Assembly (NCBI RefSeq): GCF_006345805.1
Contig: NC_043010.1
Span: forward strand, 36,642,001 to 36,706,000
Direction: 5' to 3'
DNA from: Octopus sinensis
Taxonomy: Eukaryota
Length of the DNA stretch: 64,000 bases
This document shows, piece by piece, positions 51,726 through 64,000 of this stretch. Every line of letters starts with the position of its first letter. Position 1 is the first letter of the stretch. The translations under genes and the position numbers were made by a program. The notes beneath the pieces are model-generated. The model saw only the letters and a program-made list of their open reading frames with translations, did not search any database and had not been told where the DNA came from.

Positions 51726-51943
51726 TGGTGGTGGTGGCGGTAATGGTGCTAGTGGTGTCGTGACAGCGGTGGTTGGGGGGATGGTGTTGGTTGAACCTGT
51801 GGCTTTTGATTATTGGTGTTCTTATTGTTGTTGTAGTTGTTTCTGTTGTTGCTTATGTTCGAGGTGGTTTTTTATTGTCATTCTTCTTTATCATGTTGCT
51901 GGTTAATGTTTCAGCTACTGTTGCTGTGTCATGATTTAATTAT

Positions 51944-52067
51944 GCTTCCATGGCAACCGAGACCACCACCACCACCGCCGCCACCCCGTGAGAATTGATG
52001 TCATGCTAATTTGTCGTACTGTCCTTGTTTGCCAAGCAACCTGATATTGACAGTTGCCCATGACAAC
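51944..52067. promoter_or_regulatory. Cluster of three RFX X-box-like motifs
   Basis: GCTTCCATGGCAAC (51944-51957), GTTTGCCAAGCAAC (52027-52040), GTTGCCCATGACAAC (52053-52067) versus the consensus GTTNCCATGGNAAC, in non-TE sequence. Confidence 0.45.
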
Positions 52068-52344
52068 CGAAACTGAAAAACTAGACTGGAGAGAGAAAAA
52101 GGTGGGGGAGGGGAGAGAAAAAATGAACTAGAGAGTAAGAAACGATGGGTAAGGAGAGAGGGGGAGCAAAAAGAGAGAGGGGAAGAGAGAATAACTTTCA
52201 AACTAGGATAGGTTTTCTTTCTAAGAATGGAACGTTTTGATTTCAAACTAATAAAGAATGTGGCTCCAGCTGGCCTTTCTGGGTTTGGTAATTAGCGAGA
52301 AAGAAAAATGTTGATTTCAAAACTAAGGCTACTAAATAAACTGG

Positions 52345-52900
52345 CGGTCTGTCGGTTAAGACGACAAGGGTTCTAGTTGATCCGGGCAATGGAACAGCCT
52401 TGCTTGTGAAATTAACGCGCAAGTGGTTGAGTATTCCAGAAACACGCGTACCACCATTGATGTAGTTCACATAGAGCAGTGGTTTTCAACCAGGGTTCCG
52501 CGGAACCTTAGGGTTCCGTCAGTGCAGTCCAGGGGTTCCGCAAGAAGTTGCAAAACTGCTAAAATCGGCAGTAATTTTTAATTCTCCTGTGCAGATATGT
52601 GTGCATAAAGACTACTAAATTATTGCACAGGGGTTCCTCGAGCCAGTGGAATGCTTCCTTGGGGTTCCGCTCCAGCAAAAAGTTTGAAAAGCACTATCAT
52701 AGAGATTCAGCGTGACACAGAATATATCAAGGGTGGCTCCTTTGAATTAGAAGGTACAATTCATGCTTTTTACCAGCTAGGTGAACTAGACCAACGTGAA
52801 ATAAAGTGTCTTGCTCAAGGATACAATTCGTCGCCTGGAAACGAACTCATGACATAATGACCGTGACCCCGAATAGCTTAACCACTAAGCCACGCGTCAT
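52345..52900 (-). mobile_element. Diverged SINE (D head plus C-type tail) interrupted by a MITE
   Basis: aaccactaagccacgcg head, gaactagaccaacgtgaaataaagtgtcttgctcaag body, and attcagcgtgacacagaat / cttgtgaaattaacgcgcaagtgg tail pieces either side of the MITE. Confidence 0.7.
52477..52696. mobile_element. hAT (Charlie-like) MITE
   Basis: TIRs CAGTGGTTTTCAA / TTGAAAAGCACTA. TSD acatagag (52469-52476) / tcatagag (52697-52704). Subterminal ggggttcc motifs. Confidence 0.85.
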
Positions 52901-53029
52901 CACTGGCCGACTGGCAATTTTTTGATAGAAGTTGTTAATGAGGAATATACGGGCTGCATGGGACATGGTTCATGATCTGGCTGGTCGTACTACTACAAAA
53001 TTCGAGGTGGGTTTTTAAAATTTTTTTTG

Positions 53030-53204
53030 CAAGAGTGGCTGTGTGGTAAGTAGCTTGCTTACCAGCCACATGGTTCCGGGTTCAGTCCCACTGCGTGGCG
53101 CCTTGGGCAAGTGTCTTCTACTATAGCCTCGGGCCGACCAAAGCCTTATGAGTGGATTTGGTAGACGGAAACTGAAAGAAGCCTGTCGTATATATATATA
53201 TATT

Positions 53205-53240
<36 letters not shown>

Positions 53241-53505
53241 GTGTGTGTGTGTGTGTGTGTGTTTGTGTGTCTGTGTCTGTGCGTGTGTATATGTTTGTGT
53301 GTCTGTGTTTGCTCCCCCAACATCACTTGACAACCGATGCTGGTGTGTTTACGTCCCCGTAACTTAGTGGTTCGGCAAAAGAGACCGATAGAATAAGTAC
53401 TAGGCTACAAAGAATAAGTCCTGGGATCGATTTGCTCGACTAAAGGCGGCGCTCCATGACCGCACTCAAATGACTGAAACAAGTAAAAGAGTAAAGTGTA
53501 AAGAG
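53030..53505 (+). mobile_element. SINE family A
   Basis: Full-length copy. Confidence 0.92.
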
Positions 53506-53659
53506 TAAATAAAATTATGGCGGTAGCTTACGTTTCTCGGGTTAGATTATTACTAGATTATTACTAGATTTCTAAGTTGCAGTTCATAATTTCATTCAAT
53601 TCGTGATTCCCTATTTCATCTATCGTGGCATGCTTGTTTCATTTGAGCCAATCACAGAT

Positions 53660-54830
53660 TTAGGCCCCAAAGAAAAATGCAATAAAGACTCTGAATTCTG
53701 TCTTAAAATTCGATGTTTTTCAGCATTAGCTTTCCTACCCATTGAAGATGTTGAAGAGGACTATGAAGAATTAATACGCGATTAAGAACTACCTACTGAA
53801 TTCATCGCTTACTTCGACTTGACTTACATATGCGTTGTGAGAGGACGTGGTGCTAGACGAAGGAGAGAACCCCCTACATTCCCGATAGCTGTATGGAATG
53901 TTAATCAACGTATTCTTCAAGATCTTCTCAGAACAAATAATGCTGCAGAAGGGTTTCATTCTGCGTCGGCGGATGGAGCACATTTGAATATTTGGAAACT
54001 AATCAAAACTATGAAAGAAGAGGAAGGGTTCGTTCAAGATAAAAAGACTCAAAGCCTCAAAAGATTGGTCATTGAATATGGGTCAACAAGAAAAATTGAT
54101 TTTTTTGAAGAGTGTGGCATATAATTTGCATTAGAATTAAGTGACCATAATAAATAGGCGTAGGAGTGGCTGTGTGGTAAGTAGCTTGCTTACGAACCAC
54201 ATGGTTCCGGGTTCAGGCCCACTGCGTGGCACCTTGTGCAAATGTCTTCTACTGTAGCCTCGGGCCGACCAAAGCCTTGTGATCGGTAGACGGATTCTAT
54301 TTGGTAGACGGAAACTGAAAGAAGCCCGTCGTATATATGTATATATATGTGTGTGTGTGTATATGTTTGTGTGTCTGTGCTTGTCCCCCCAACATCCCTT
54401 GACAACCGATGCTGGTGTGCTTACGCCCTCGTAACTTAGCGGTTCGGCAAAAGAGACCGATAGAATAAGTACTAGGCTTACAAAGGATAAGTCCTGGAGT
54501 CGATTTGCTCGACTAAAGGCAGTGCTCCAGCATGGCCACAGTCATATGACTGAAACAAGTAAAAGAGTAAAAGAATCATTAGTTATATCTTATTACTTAT
54601 TTTAAAATGACTTTTTTAGAATACATTTTCCCACAGTATTTTATTTGAATCTTATCAATGAAATTCTCAATGATTATTTGATTTTGGTGTTCCCCTTGTT
54701 TTCTGAAGAGTTTATTTAACACTGGACAAAAAGTCGTTGGACAAAAACAATCATCAGACAAAAAGACGTCGGACGAAAAGACGTGGATGAAGTGGTGGAC
54801 AAAGTGACATCGGACGAAAAGTCGGGTAAC
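53660..54830 (+). mobile_element. MULE/Mutator-like transposase C-terminal remnant and right end
   Basis: SALAFLPIEDVEEDYEEL..*..FIAYFDLTYI...RRREPPTFPIAVWNV..R....RTNNAAEGFH...NIWKLIKTMKEEE. Subterminal ggac(a/g)aaaag repeats at 54724-54829. Confidence 0.78.
54157..54575 (+). mobile_element. SINE family A inserted in the MULE remnant
   Basis: Full-length copy with a small internal duplication of ggtagacgga. Confidence 0.92.
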
Positions 54831-54834
54831 GACA

Positions 54835-55110
54835 GAAACATGGGTGTTTCGTTCAACACCCTTAAATAACCCTTATTCAGGGACCTTTTGAGCGGGATGG
54901 GCGACTCGACCTGAAGAAAATTCTAACTGCGTCTCACCTGCAAGGTCATGCGCTGTTTATCTTGATATAGGATCACCATATCACACACATATGATTGTGA
55001 TGCATGTGCCTGGTATACCCTTATCAGACGGGTAGTCATGATGGGTATACTGGGCTTCGTATATTTTATCCCAGTGTCACTTTGACGGTATGTGCAGCTC
55101 TTTTATTCAA
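54835..55110 (+). mobile_element. Element E, 3' half
   Basis: gaaacatgggtgtttcgttcaacacc...ccagtgtcactttga...tcaataatgat. Confidence 0.82.
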
Positions 55111-55139
55111 TAATGATAGTAATCGTTTTAAATATAGAC

Positions 55140-55545
55140 ACCAGGCCTGAAATTTTGTTGGGTTGGAGTAGTCGATTACAGCGACTCCATTGCTCAACAG
55201 GAATTTATTTTATTCACCCCAAGAGGATGCAAGAAAGCAAAGTCGACCTCGGCGAAATTTCAACGCAGAACGTTAAACTAGAGGCGAGCTTAGCGGTATT
55301 TCGTCTGCCGTTACGTTCTGAGTTCAAATTCCGCCGAGGTCGACTTAGCCTTTCATCTTTTCTGGGTCGATAAACTAAGTACCAGTTACGCACTGGGGTC
55401 GATGTAATCGACTTAATCCCTTTGTCTGTCCTCTATGTTTAGTCCCTTGTGGGCAATAAAGAAATAAGAAATAAGAACGTTAAACTAGAGGAAATGCTGC
55501 TTAGCTTTTTGTCCGGTGCGGTAACGATTCTGCTAGCTCGCCACA
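55140..55545 (-). mobile_element. Old SINE B copy containing a younger antisense SINE B
   Basis: The inner + copy (about 55283-55473) is flanked by the duplication agaacgttaaactagagg (55267-55284 / 55474-55491). Confidence 0.85.
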
Positions 55546-55574
55546 CCTAAGCTGACTTAATAATGCTCTTGCAC

Positions 55575-55815
55575 CGCATTGCGATAGAAAACTTCCTATT
55601 AGTGTGGTTTAAAGAGAAATAATACACAGGCGATTCACTGAGTGAAGCATACGTTTGTGGAAAAGCTAAGTCTTTTTACGAGCAGCTTAAGAGAAATGCT
55701 CCTAGCAACCGATATAGGTTGCGATTCAAGGCCTGTGGATGTAAAATGTAAAGCTAGCAAGGGTTGTTTCGAATCTTTTAAAAAGAAACGTTCATATATT
55801 CACAACGCTATGACG
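55575..55815 (+). pseudogene. pogo/Tigger transposase CENP-B-type HTH remnant
   Basis: IENFLLVWFKEK*YTGDSLSEAYVCGKAKSFYEQLK/...KASKGCFESFKKK (cf. EKLL.VWI....GDS.SE.IICEKAK...FKASRGWFE.FKKR). Confidence 0.75.
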
Positions 55816-56202
55816 CTTTTCACATTTTAATGTTATATTTCATATAACACATTTAATGCTACATTTTAATGCTCATTAGCTTTTATATCTTCGTGGAAGA
55901 GAAATCTTTCAAATTACGTGAGGGTTTCTTTCTCTATCTGTTTATTGATTTCTGTTTTGTTTCTCTCTTTTTTTCTTTTTATTATTTATTACGTTGATGT
56001 ATGCCATTACTTTGCTTATTTTATTTTATGCCACTACATGTTATTGAATATTTGTGTTTTATAAATATTTAAATGGATGCTTTGGCTGAAGGCTTTCGAT
56101 CTTGGCTGAGTGTTTGATAAGCGAATTGTCCCTAAAGGCATATATTTTACATGATGTCGTAACGAATACATACATACATACATATATATCATATATACAT
56201 AC

Positions 56203-56262
<60 letters not shown>

Positions 56263-56273
56263 AAACCCGTTGG

Positions 56274-56305
<32 letters not shown>

Positions 56306-56352
56306 ATAAAGAAACCCGTTGTGTTATATATATACATACAAACACAACACAC

Positions 56353-56510
56353 AACGGGTTTCTTTTACTTTCCGTCTACCAAATCCACTCACAAGGTTTT
56401 GGTCGGCTCGAGGCTATAGTTGAAGACAATTGCCCAAGGTGCCACGTAGTAGGACTGAACCCGTAACCATGTGGTTGGTAAGCAAGCTACTTACCACACA
56501 TCCACTCTAT
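56353..56510 (-). mobile_element. SINE family A 5' half
   Basis: Reverse complement of the head up to the TA tract. Confidence 0.82.
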
Positions 56511-57240
56511 GTTTGTATGCGTGTTTATCTCTTTCCTTAGGTCATTTTCAGGGTGAGTCCATAGAACACACAATAGCAACACACAAAAGAGGATTACAAC
56601 ATTTTGGCTTATACAATAAAGGATAGCAACACAAAATATACACGATAATAGCACATAATGAGGAGCACACAAAACCCACGACCGATAACTCTGAAAAATA
56701 TGCCATGATATTACGCAATAAACAAGACGATATCATATAAATTGCAAGATATTAATATACACAAAACATACGAACTGAACGCAAAGAATTACACGGCAAT
56801 AACGTATATAACACGTGATGACACTGCACAAAGCCCGTAGCGACCACACATGATTAGACCGCATAAATACCACAATTATAACACGAATCACACTATCATA
56901 AGTCATGAAGGCACAATGCTAGCACATTAAACATGGTGATAAGAGATAACAAGGAAAGGTAGACCGTCATTCACAATCGATATATTGTCGACATTATCAT
57001 CATATTTAGGTATTGTGTGTGTGTGTATGTATGTATGTATGTATGTATGTATGTATGTATGTATATATTTATGTATATATATAAATATATATATATATCT
57101 AGAGAGAGAGAGAGAGAGAGAGATAGATAGATAGATAGATAGATATATAGATATATATATAGATAGATAGGTAATCTATATATATATATATATAGATATA
57201 TATATTATATATATATAACACTATATATATATATATCTAA

Positions 57241-57271
<31 letters not shown>

Positions 57272-57360
57272 CTATCTATCTATTATATATATATATATAT
57301 ATATACATACATACAGATATATACGTATATATGTGTGTATGTATTATATTCATGTATATA

Positions 57361-57434
<74 letters not shown>

Positions 57435-57437
<3 letters not shown>

Positions 57438-57990
57438 AAGGATAATATCGATATTTAAATATCGATGTTATCATCAAGTGGCCTGCATGGTAATAAATAC
57501 CATACAACGGTAATAATTTTTACAACTATAAATAAGGCTATCTGAGAGACACTACCATGACGAAATAGCAGTCAAACCCTGACTCTAAAAACCACCTAAG
57601 ATGTTCATATCGCACCACGAGATAAGACAGAGAGACAAATGAATTAGCAAAAAGAGATTACTGGATAATTCAAGATCCTGGATTTCTAGCTTTGCTTCAA
57701 ATAAGCTCTGCTTTCGTCAGTTGAATATACCAGATTGGCACATAAATACAAATACATATATACAGAACACACGTTATACTTACATATACGAACTTCCATA
57801 CATACATATATATGCACGTATGTACAAGGCCAGATTTAAATTGCCCGCCAACCACCTCGTAAGCGCGATATGGTTAAAATAAACACCGCAGTGAATATAG
57901 TGACGAATTATATAAATTTATAAATAAGGATAATATCGATATTAACAAGTGGCCAGCATGGGAATAAATACCATACAACGGTAATAATTA
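57435..57990. repeat. Two direct copies of a 70-80-bp TA-adjacent repeat terminus
   Basis: taaggataatatcgatatt...caagtggcc.gcatgg.aataaataccatacaacggtaataat at about 57435 and 57924. A diverged inverted copy lies at about 40620-40710. Confidence 0.7.
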
Positions 57991-58831
57991 TAGGTACACT
58001 AAGTTATGTACCAATAAGTTTACACAAAACCCTAGAAATACTCGGTTTCACAATGAGAGAGAAAAAATAAACTAATGCGGTTTCTCCAAATCCAATCTAT
58101 TAGTAGCACAGTGAAGATCTGTAAGACATTCCAAAAATTCTCCATGTGAGATTCTTATGTGAATAGATGCACATACTTGGGTGTATGCATCGACAGTTCA
58201 ACCAACACATAAATTCGACCGCATACTTACAAACACCGAGAACTCTCTTGACTCAAAAAGTCTTGCCGCTTTGTTACCGACCGGTTTCAACTCCCTTAAG
58301 AAGAACTTAAATAAAACTTGAAGAAAAATCATACACACACAGAACAATATTAGACTTTGATCAAAAGGCAATGTTTAGTTTACTGTAAACTTTTCATCGG
58401 TGTGAATTTTGTAAGGGAATTAGTAAGAATTCCATTCCACCCTCCAAATCCAGTGCACTGTGCTGGGATATAAATTTCTGTGTTTTCGACTTTTAAAGCA
58501 TTTTAATTTTTATAACTGAGCGTTGCTGGTTCTTTCCCGTCTCATTTCTTGGAAAATGTAATTTTTTTTCTCTCCAAACATTGTTGAAATCAACATTGGA
58601 CTGTTGCTGCTATTTCTGACTGAACTTTACCTCATTTTACCTGGGTGGATTCAGCCAGTTTGACAACAGACAAGAGACAACATAATACAGGACTTGGGCC
58701 AGAATATGAACGGCTAACCTCTTGTTTAATTGTGCTCCATGGTCCATGTTTTTCAAGAACTGTTTTATTTGTTCAGCTCTTGCTCAACCTTGCTGAAGCT
58801 GATCTATGACACACAGACACACATACACACA

Positions 58832-58870
<39 letters not shown>

Positions 58871-59798
58871 ACACACGCTCACATACATACATATGTACGT
58901 AGACACACGTAGATGACGCGAATATTAACATCTTGATAGAAGAAAAATCCATCTTCATATACGTATAGACACATTACATATTTGCATCAACTCATTCATG
59001 TAAGATGAGAAACACAAAGTAAAGGACAAACTCCCACTCACAGCCAAACATTTCTTACAGCACACACGCGCATACAACTGCAAACTCACACACACACACA
59101 CACACATACACACACACACACACATACACACACACACATACGCGTAAATACATGTGCACACACATATGCACATACGTGCATACGTAGATTACACTGACGA
59201 CTTTTCGGACAATGTTTATCAGATATCATTCTATTAGTCTTGAATTGCCAGTTGTAATGATGGTGATGGTGGTGGTGGTTATGGTGGTGGTGGTGGTGGT
59301 GGTGGTGATGGTGTTGGTGGTTGTGGTGGTGGTGGTGGTGTTGGTGGTGGTGGTGTTGTAGTGGTGGTGTTGGTGGTGGTGGCTATGGTGGCGGTGATGG
59401 TGGTGGTGGTAGTGGTTATGGTGGTGGTAGTGGTGGTGGTGGTGATGACGACGACGACGACGATGATGATGACTCTAATCGTTGCCGTTGGCATCACCAT
59501 CTGCATATCATCATCATCATCGTCGTCGTCATCATCATAACGACAACGACAACAACGACGAGGATGATGATGACGATGACGATGTTGATGACGATGACGG
59601 CAGCTGCGATGGTGGTGATGATAAGGAATAATGATATTTCCATCCTCGCCATTTAAATTGCAATTGCTATTGTCCTCAATTACTCGTCTCAGCGACGTCA
59701 GACAAGCCACAGAGAAGGAAGAAGGGAAAAGGAAAAGGAAGAAGAGGGAACGGAAGAAGAAGAAGAAGAAGAAAAAGAACAACAACAACAACAACAGT

Positions 59799-59838
<40 letters not shown>

Positions 59839-60532
59839 CGACGACGGTGGTGGTGGTGGTGGTGGTGGTGGTGGTGTGATGATGATGAGGATGCAGGAGG
59901 AGGAGGAGGAGGAGGAAAAGCAAGCGATAGCGACGGAAAGGCTTTCAGCTCTTCTGACGCCCTTTCATCGCGGTCGCCATTTTTCTCCATTTTTTAAAAA
60001 AATAAAAAAACTTTTATTTTTGCATTGCCTGGTTTTCTCCAAATAGTTTTCAATCTTGCTTTCTCTCATTTATTTTACTTTTGTGTATTTATTGCATTTA
60101 CTTATTGTTTTTGTTTGTCTTTTTTTACTAATTTATTTATTATATTTATATGTATCTTAACATTTATGACATTTTCCCCACTTTCCGTTTCTCTCTCTCT
60201 CGCTTTCTCTCTCTCTTTCGCTTTTATATGTTTACCTGTTTGTGTCTGTAGTTTTGGAGAATAACATACAAAAATGGTGAAGGCAATTTCATGTAAATCT
60301 GCTCCTCGGTTCAGCAGTGTCTCTCTGGTTTGTTCGTACGGACTATATGTGTGTGTGTGTGTGTGTGTGCGTGTGTATATATACATAAATACGTATGTAT
60401 GCGTGTAATATATGCGTGAGCATGTGTGTAGGAGTATGCGTGTATGTGTGACAACGAGAAAAAGAGAGAGTGAAAAAGAGAAAGAGTTTGTGTGTGGAGT
60501 ATGTATGGCTAGAGAGGAGTAAATGGCAGTAG

Positions 60533-60584
<52 letters not shown>

Positions 60585-60711
60585 CGTGTATATGTGTATG
60601 TATGTATGTATATATGTCGGCATATACATCCATGTATATATATATATATATATATATAATACATATATATGTATATACATATATATATATATACATATAT
60701 AATCTATATAC

Positions 60712-60810
<99 letters not shown>

Positions 60811-60831
60811 CTACATATATATATAATATAA

Positions 60832-60878
<47 letters not shown>

Positions 60879-61071
60879 ATACACATATACAATATACAAA
60901 CATATTGATAAAACATGCATATATATATATATATATGTATGTATGTATGTATATGTATGTATGTCTGCATACATGAATGTATATGTATATGTATGAATGT
61001 ACATGGAGGTGGTGGTGGTGGTAGTGAGCATGCGTATTTTGGTAATTATGTTCTTGTTGGGCATCATAGGG

Positions 61072-61142
61072 ATGACGGTGATGATGATGATGACGATGAT
61101 GATGACGATGATGATGATAATGATGACGATGATGATGATGAC

Positions 61143-61192
<50 letters not shown>

Positions 61193-61330
61193 CGATGATG
61201 ATGACGACGATGATGATGATGATGATGATGATGACGATGATGATGACGATGATGATGATGATGACGATGATGATGATGACGATGATGATGACGATGATGA
61301 TGATCAGGATGATGATGATGATAGTGGTAG
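61072..61330. repeat. (GAT/GAC)n microsatellite
   Basis: Direct observation. It is the source of the poly-D/poly-M ORFs. Confidence 0.95.
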
Positions 61331-61940
61331 TAACTGTGGTGGTGGTGGAGATGGCCGAGGGTGGGTGGTGGTGGGGAGGGTGTTGCGGTGATGATAGTGA
61401 TGAGGATGATGATGATGATGATGATGATAGTGGTAGTAACTGTGGTGGTGATGTTGGTGGCAGTGATGGCCGAGGGCGGGTGGTGGTGGTGGGACGGGGT
61501 GTTGCGGTGATAGTGGTGATAGTGGTGATGATGATGATGATAATGATGTTTCTAATCTGTGTGAAAATAAAATATCGCCCAAGTAATTATTTTTAACGGT
61601 TTGGAATATAAAATATAAAACTGGAAAGCGAAGAAGGGCGAGAAACAGAGCACAGACTCACGCGCACACACACACATATCTGTACATACACACACACACA
61701 TATCTGTACACACACACACACACACATATATAAACACACAAAAACATCTTTACATTCACGTCATACGTATGTGTGAATATTTAAATACACACACATATAT
61801 ATATGTGTGTATACAAATATATATATATTATGTGTGTGTATATATATATATATATATATAATATATATGTATGTAGATATATGTATATATATATACATAT
61901 ATACATTTATATATAGTATATATATATATATGTGGGTGTA

Positions 61941-61989
<49 letters not shown>

Positions 61990-62484
61990 AATATATATGT
62001 AATATATATGTATTGTAGATATATGTATATATATATATGTGTGTGTATATATGTATATATATATATATATATTATATATATATATATATATATGTAATAT
62101 ATATGTATGTAGATATATGTTATATAATATACATATATACATTTATATATATATATATGTTCTATATATATGTATATATATGTATATATCTATATATATC
62201 TATATTGTGTGTGTGTGTGTGTGTGTGTATGTCTATATATATATATTATATATATATATATAAATATATGTATATATATATATGCATATGTACATATATA
62301 TACATACATACACATTCCTAGATGTGTGTGTATTTATGTGTGTATTATGTGTGTGTGTGTTGTGTACTTCTGCGTGTAGGTATATTTCATACGTGAGCTC
62401 ACACACGAGCAGTTTCAAGCACACATCCGCACACTCATGCATGCTGATAATATGACATGATGTTATAATTGCATTTGAAGGTGT

Positions 62485-62558
62485 GTTGCTATGCCAACCG
62501 GAGAACAAATGTCAGCTCCCTTCTGCGCGTGCGTGTTGTGGGATGTAAAAGCGGGAAA
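62485..62558. promoter_or_regulatory. Candidate promoter motifs: X-box and E2F-like site
   Basis: GTTGCTATGCCAAC (62485-62498) and GCGGGAAA (62551-62558) in a unique island between microsatellites. Confidence 0.3.
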
Positions 62559-63174
62559 TGCTGTAGCGACTTTTGTGTAATGTATATGTGAACTGTGCAT
62601 GATATGTGTGGTTGTGTGTATGTGTGTCCGCGTGTATGTATCTGTGTGCTTGCGTGCGTGCGTACGTGCGTGCGTGCGTGCGTACGTGCTTGCGTGCGTG
62701 CGTACGTGAGTGTGTGTGTGTGCGTGCGTGCTTTTGTGCGTTCGTGCGTGCGTTCATGCGTGTTTACGTGCGTGCGTGCGATCGTGCGTGCGTGTGTGAA
62801 AGCCTCATATCGGAAAGGCTAAGATGTAATCATTAAAAATCACAAGGTCCTGCGATCGTACTTGGGCCAGTATCATTTCCTAAAACCTCAGTTCGGTCCA
62901 TAATTCTTAAGCGAAATTGGATATGCGGAAACTATACAGAACCTCATCAACCGTACACATAATTCTAAAGTACAGCCTAGTCACTCTGTCACGCCGATTC
63001 TGCCAGAAAACTATGTTAAGAACACGTGTGTGTGGAATACTCAACCGCATAGACGTCGATTCAGAGACTGGAAACTCTGTTGAGATCAAACATGTGAATC
63101 CTTATCGTCGTGGTAGAGTTTTGAGGCCAGCTACCTCTGAGGAACAGAGGTCATTATAGTTTGTTGTTTTTTGT

Positions 63175-63473
63175 TTGTTCCTTCTCGAGCCATGCCTGGC
63201 TCATAAGGGCCGGTTTCCCGGTTTCCTTGGCGTATAGGTTCCCCACCTGGTCGGGACGCCGGTCCGTCGCAGGTGAGCTGCAAGATACAGGAGGAAAGAG
63301 TGAGAGAAAGTTGTGGCGAAAGAGTCAGCAGAAGTTCGCCATTACCTTCTGTCGGAGCCGCGTGGAGCTTAGGTGTTTCGTTCATAAACACACACATCGC
63401 CCGGTCTGAGATTCGAATCCGCGATCCCTCGACATCGAGTCCGCTGCTCTAACCACTAGGCCATGTGCCTCCA
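63175..63473 (-). mobile_element. Chimeric SINE: family C head plus family D tail
   Basis: Same architecture as 21625-21925 on the opposite strand. Confidence 0.8.
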
Positions 63474-63809
63474 CGGTCAATATAGTAGAGACAGAAAAGG
63501 CACTGGGAGGAGAAAACACGCCTGTGAGCCGCAAACTGGAGTGTGTCTGTATCAGAGTACCAATCAACCGAGTGGCCCTTCTCTAGCCGCTCGAGTGGCC
63601 TTTCTCCGGGTGCGGTCCATGATGTCAGTGAGAGTGTTAACAACAGAACTGTCTTTGATGTGGGCGCAGTATTCCATTGTCTGTCAGCAGACTACTGAAA
63701 GCTGAAATATCTTTTGGTCCTGAAGAGAAGCGTTAGGGATTTCATGCAAGGCAATTTTCCCACGGGTCGGGGATAATGCGCATAAGAAAATACAATAAAA
63801 TACATAATA

Positions 63810-64000
63810 CAGATCGTCGTCGACTTACGACCACGATTGGTTCCGATTGACCGGACGTAAGTCGATTTGGTCGTAAGTCGGCCTATAAGCCTACATAGCT
63901 TTATTTTATATTTTTCCATTCTTAAGGTACATTCTCGGGCAAAAGTCACACACAGCATTCTTATATTATAATATTATATTGGCATTAGTCAAAAATTTCG
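63810..64000. mobile_element. pogo/Tigger-like MITE terminus
   Basis: TA-cagatcgtcgtcgacttacgacc with internal inverted gtcgtaagtcg repeats. The other end is not in the window. Confidence 0.55.

Noticed and set aside
60270-60345. LLNRGAD ankyrin-like peptide on - strand
   Set aside because: No TPLH motif or second repeat, and the acceptor is weak.

Overview
This is repeat-dominated, AT-rich eukaryotic DNA with one 100-N assembly gap (44165-44264). The repeat families, the very high microsatellite load and a C2H2 zinc-finger remnant suggest a coleoid cephalopod, probably Octopus. That assignment is an inference from memory, not a database result. I found no intact protein-coding gene I can name, and almost all entries in the ORF track are microsatellite read-throughs. 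Supported content: (1) many copies of four tRNA-type SINE families, labelled A-D here, including head/tail chimeras; (2) an approximately 560-bp element (E) that mostly sits in (AAT)n tracts; (3) decayed LINE fragments (three R4/Dong-like, plus Tx1/L1, RTE and CR1/Jockey-like); (4) hAT MITEs with 8-bp TSDs, a non-autonomous Helitron, and mariner, pogo/Tigger and MULE remnants; (5) a SINE-split C2H2-ZNF pseudogene fragment. The most notable signal is a set of short fold-back elements next to (TA)n tracts that carry type-I hammerhead ribozyme motifs of the Penelope/retrozyme kind. Two related loci show compensatory base changes in stems I and III, an unusually long stem II and a non-canonical first stem-II pair. 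Secondary signals are a cluster of RFX X-box motifs, a 34-bp minisatellite derived from a SINE, a unique approximately 140-bp inverted duplication, and possible spliced transcripts on both strands.
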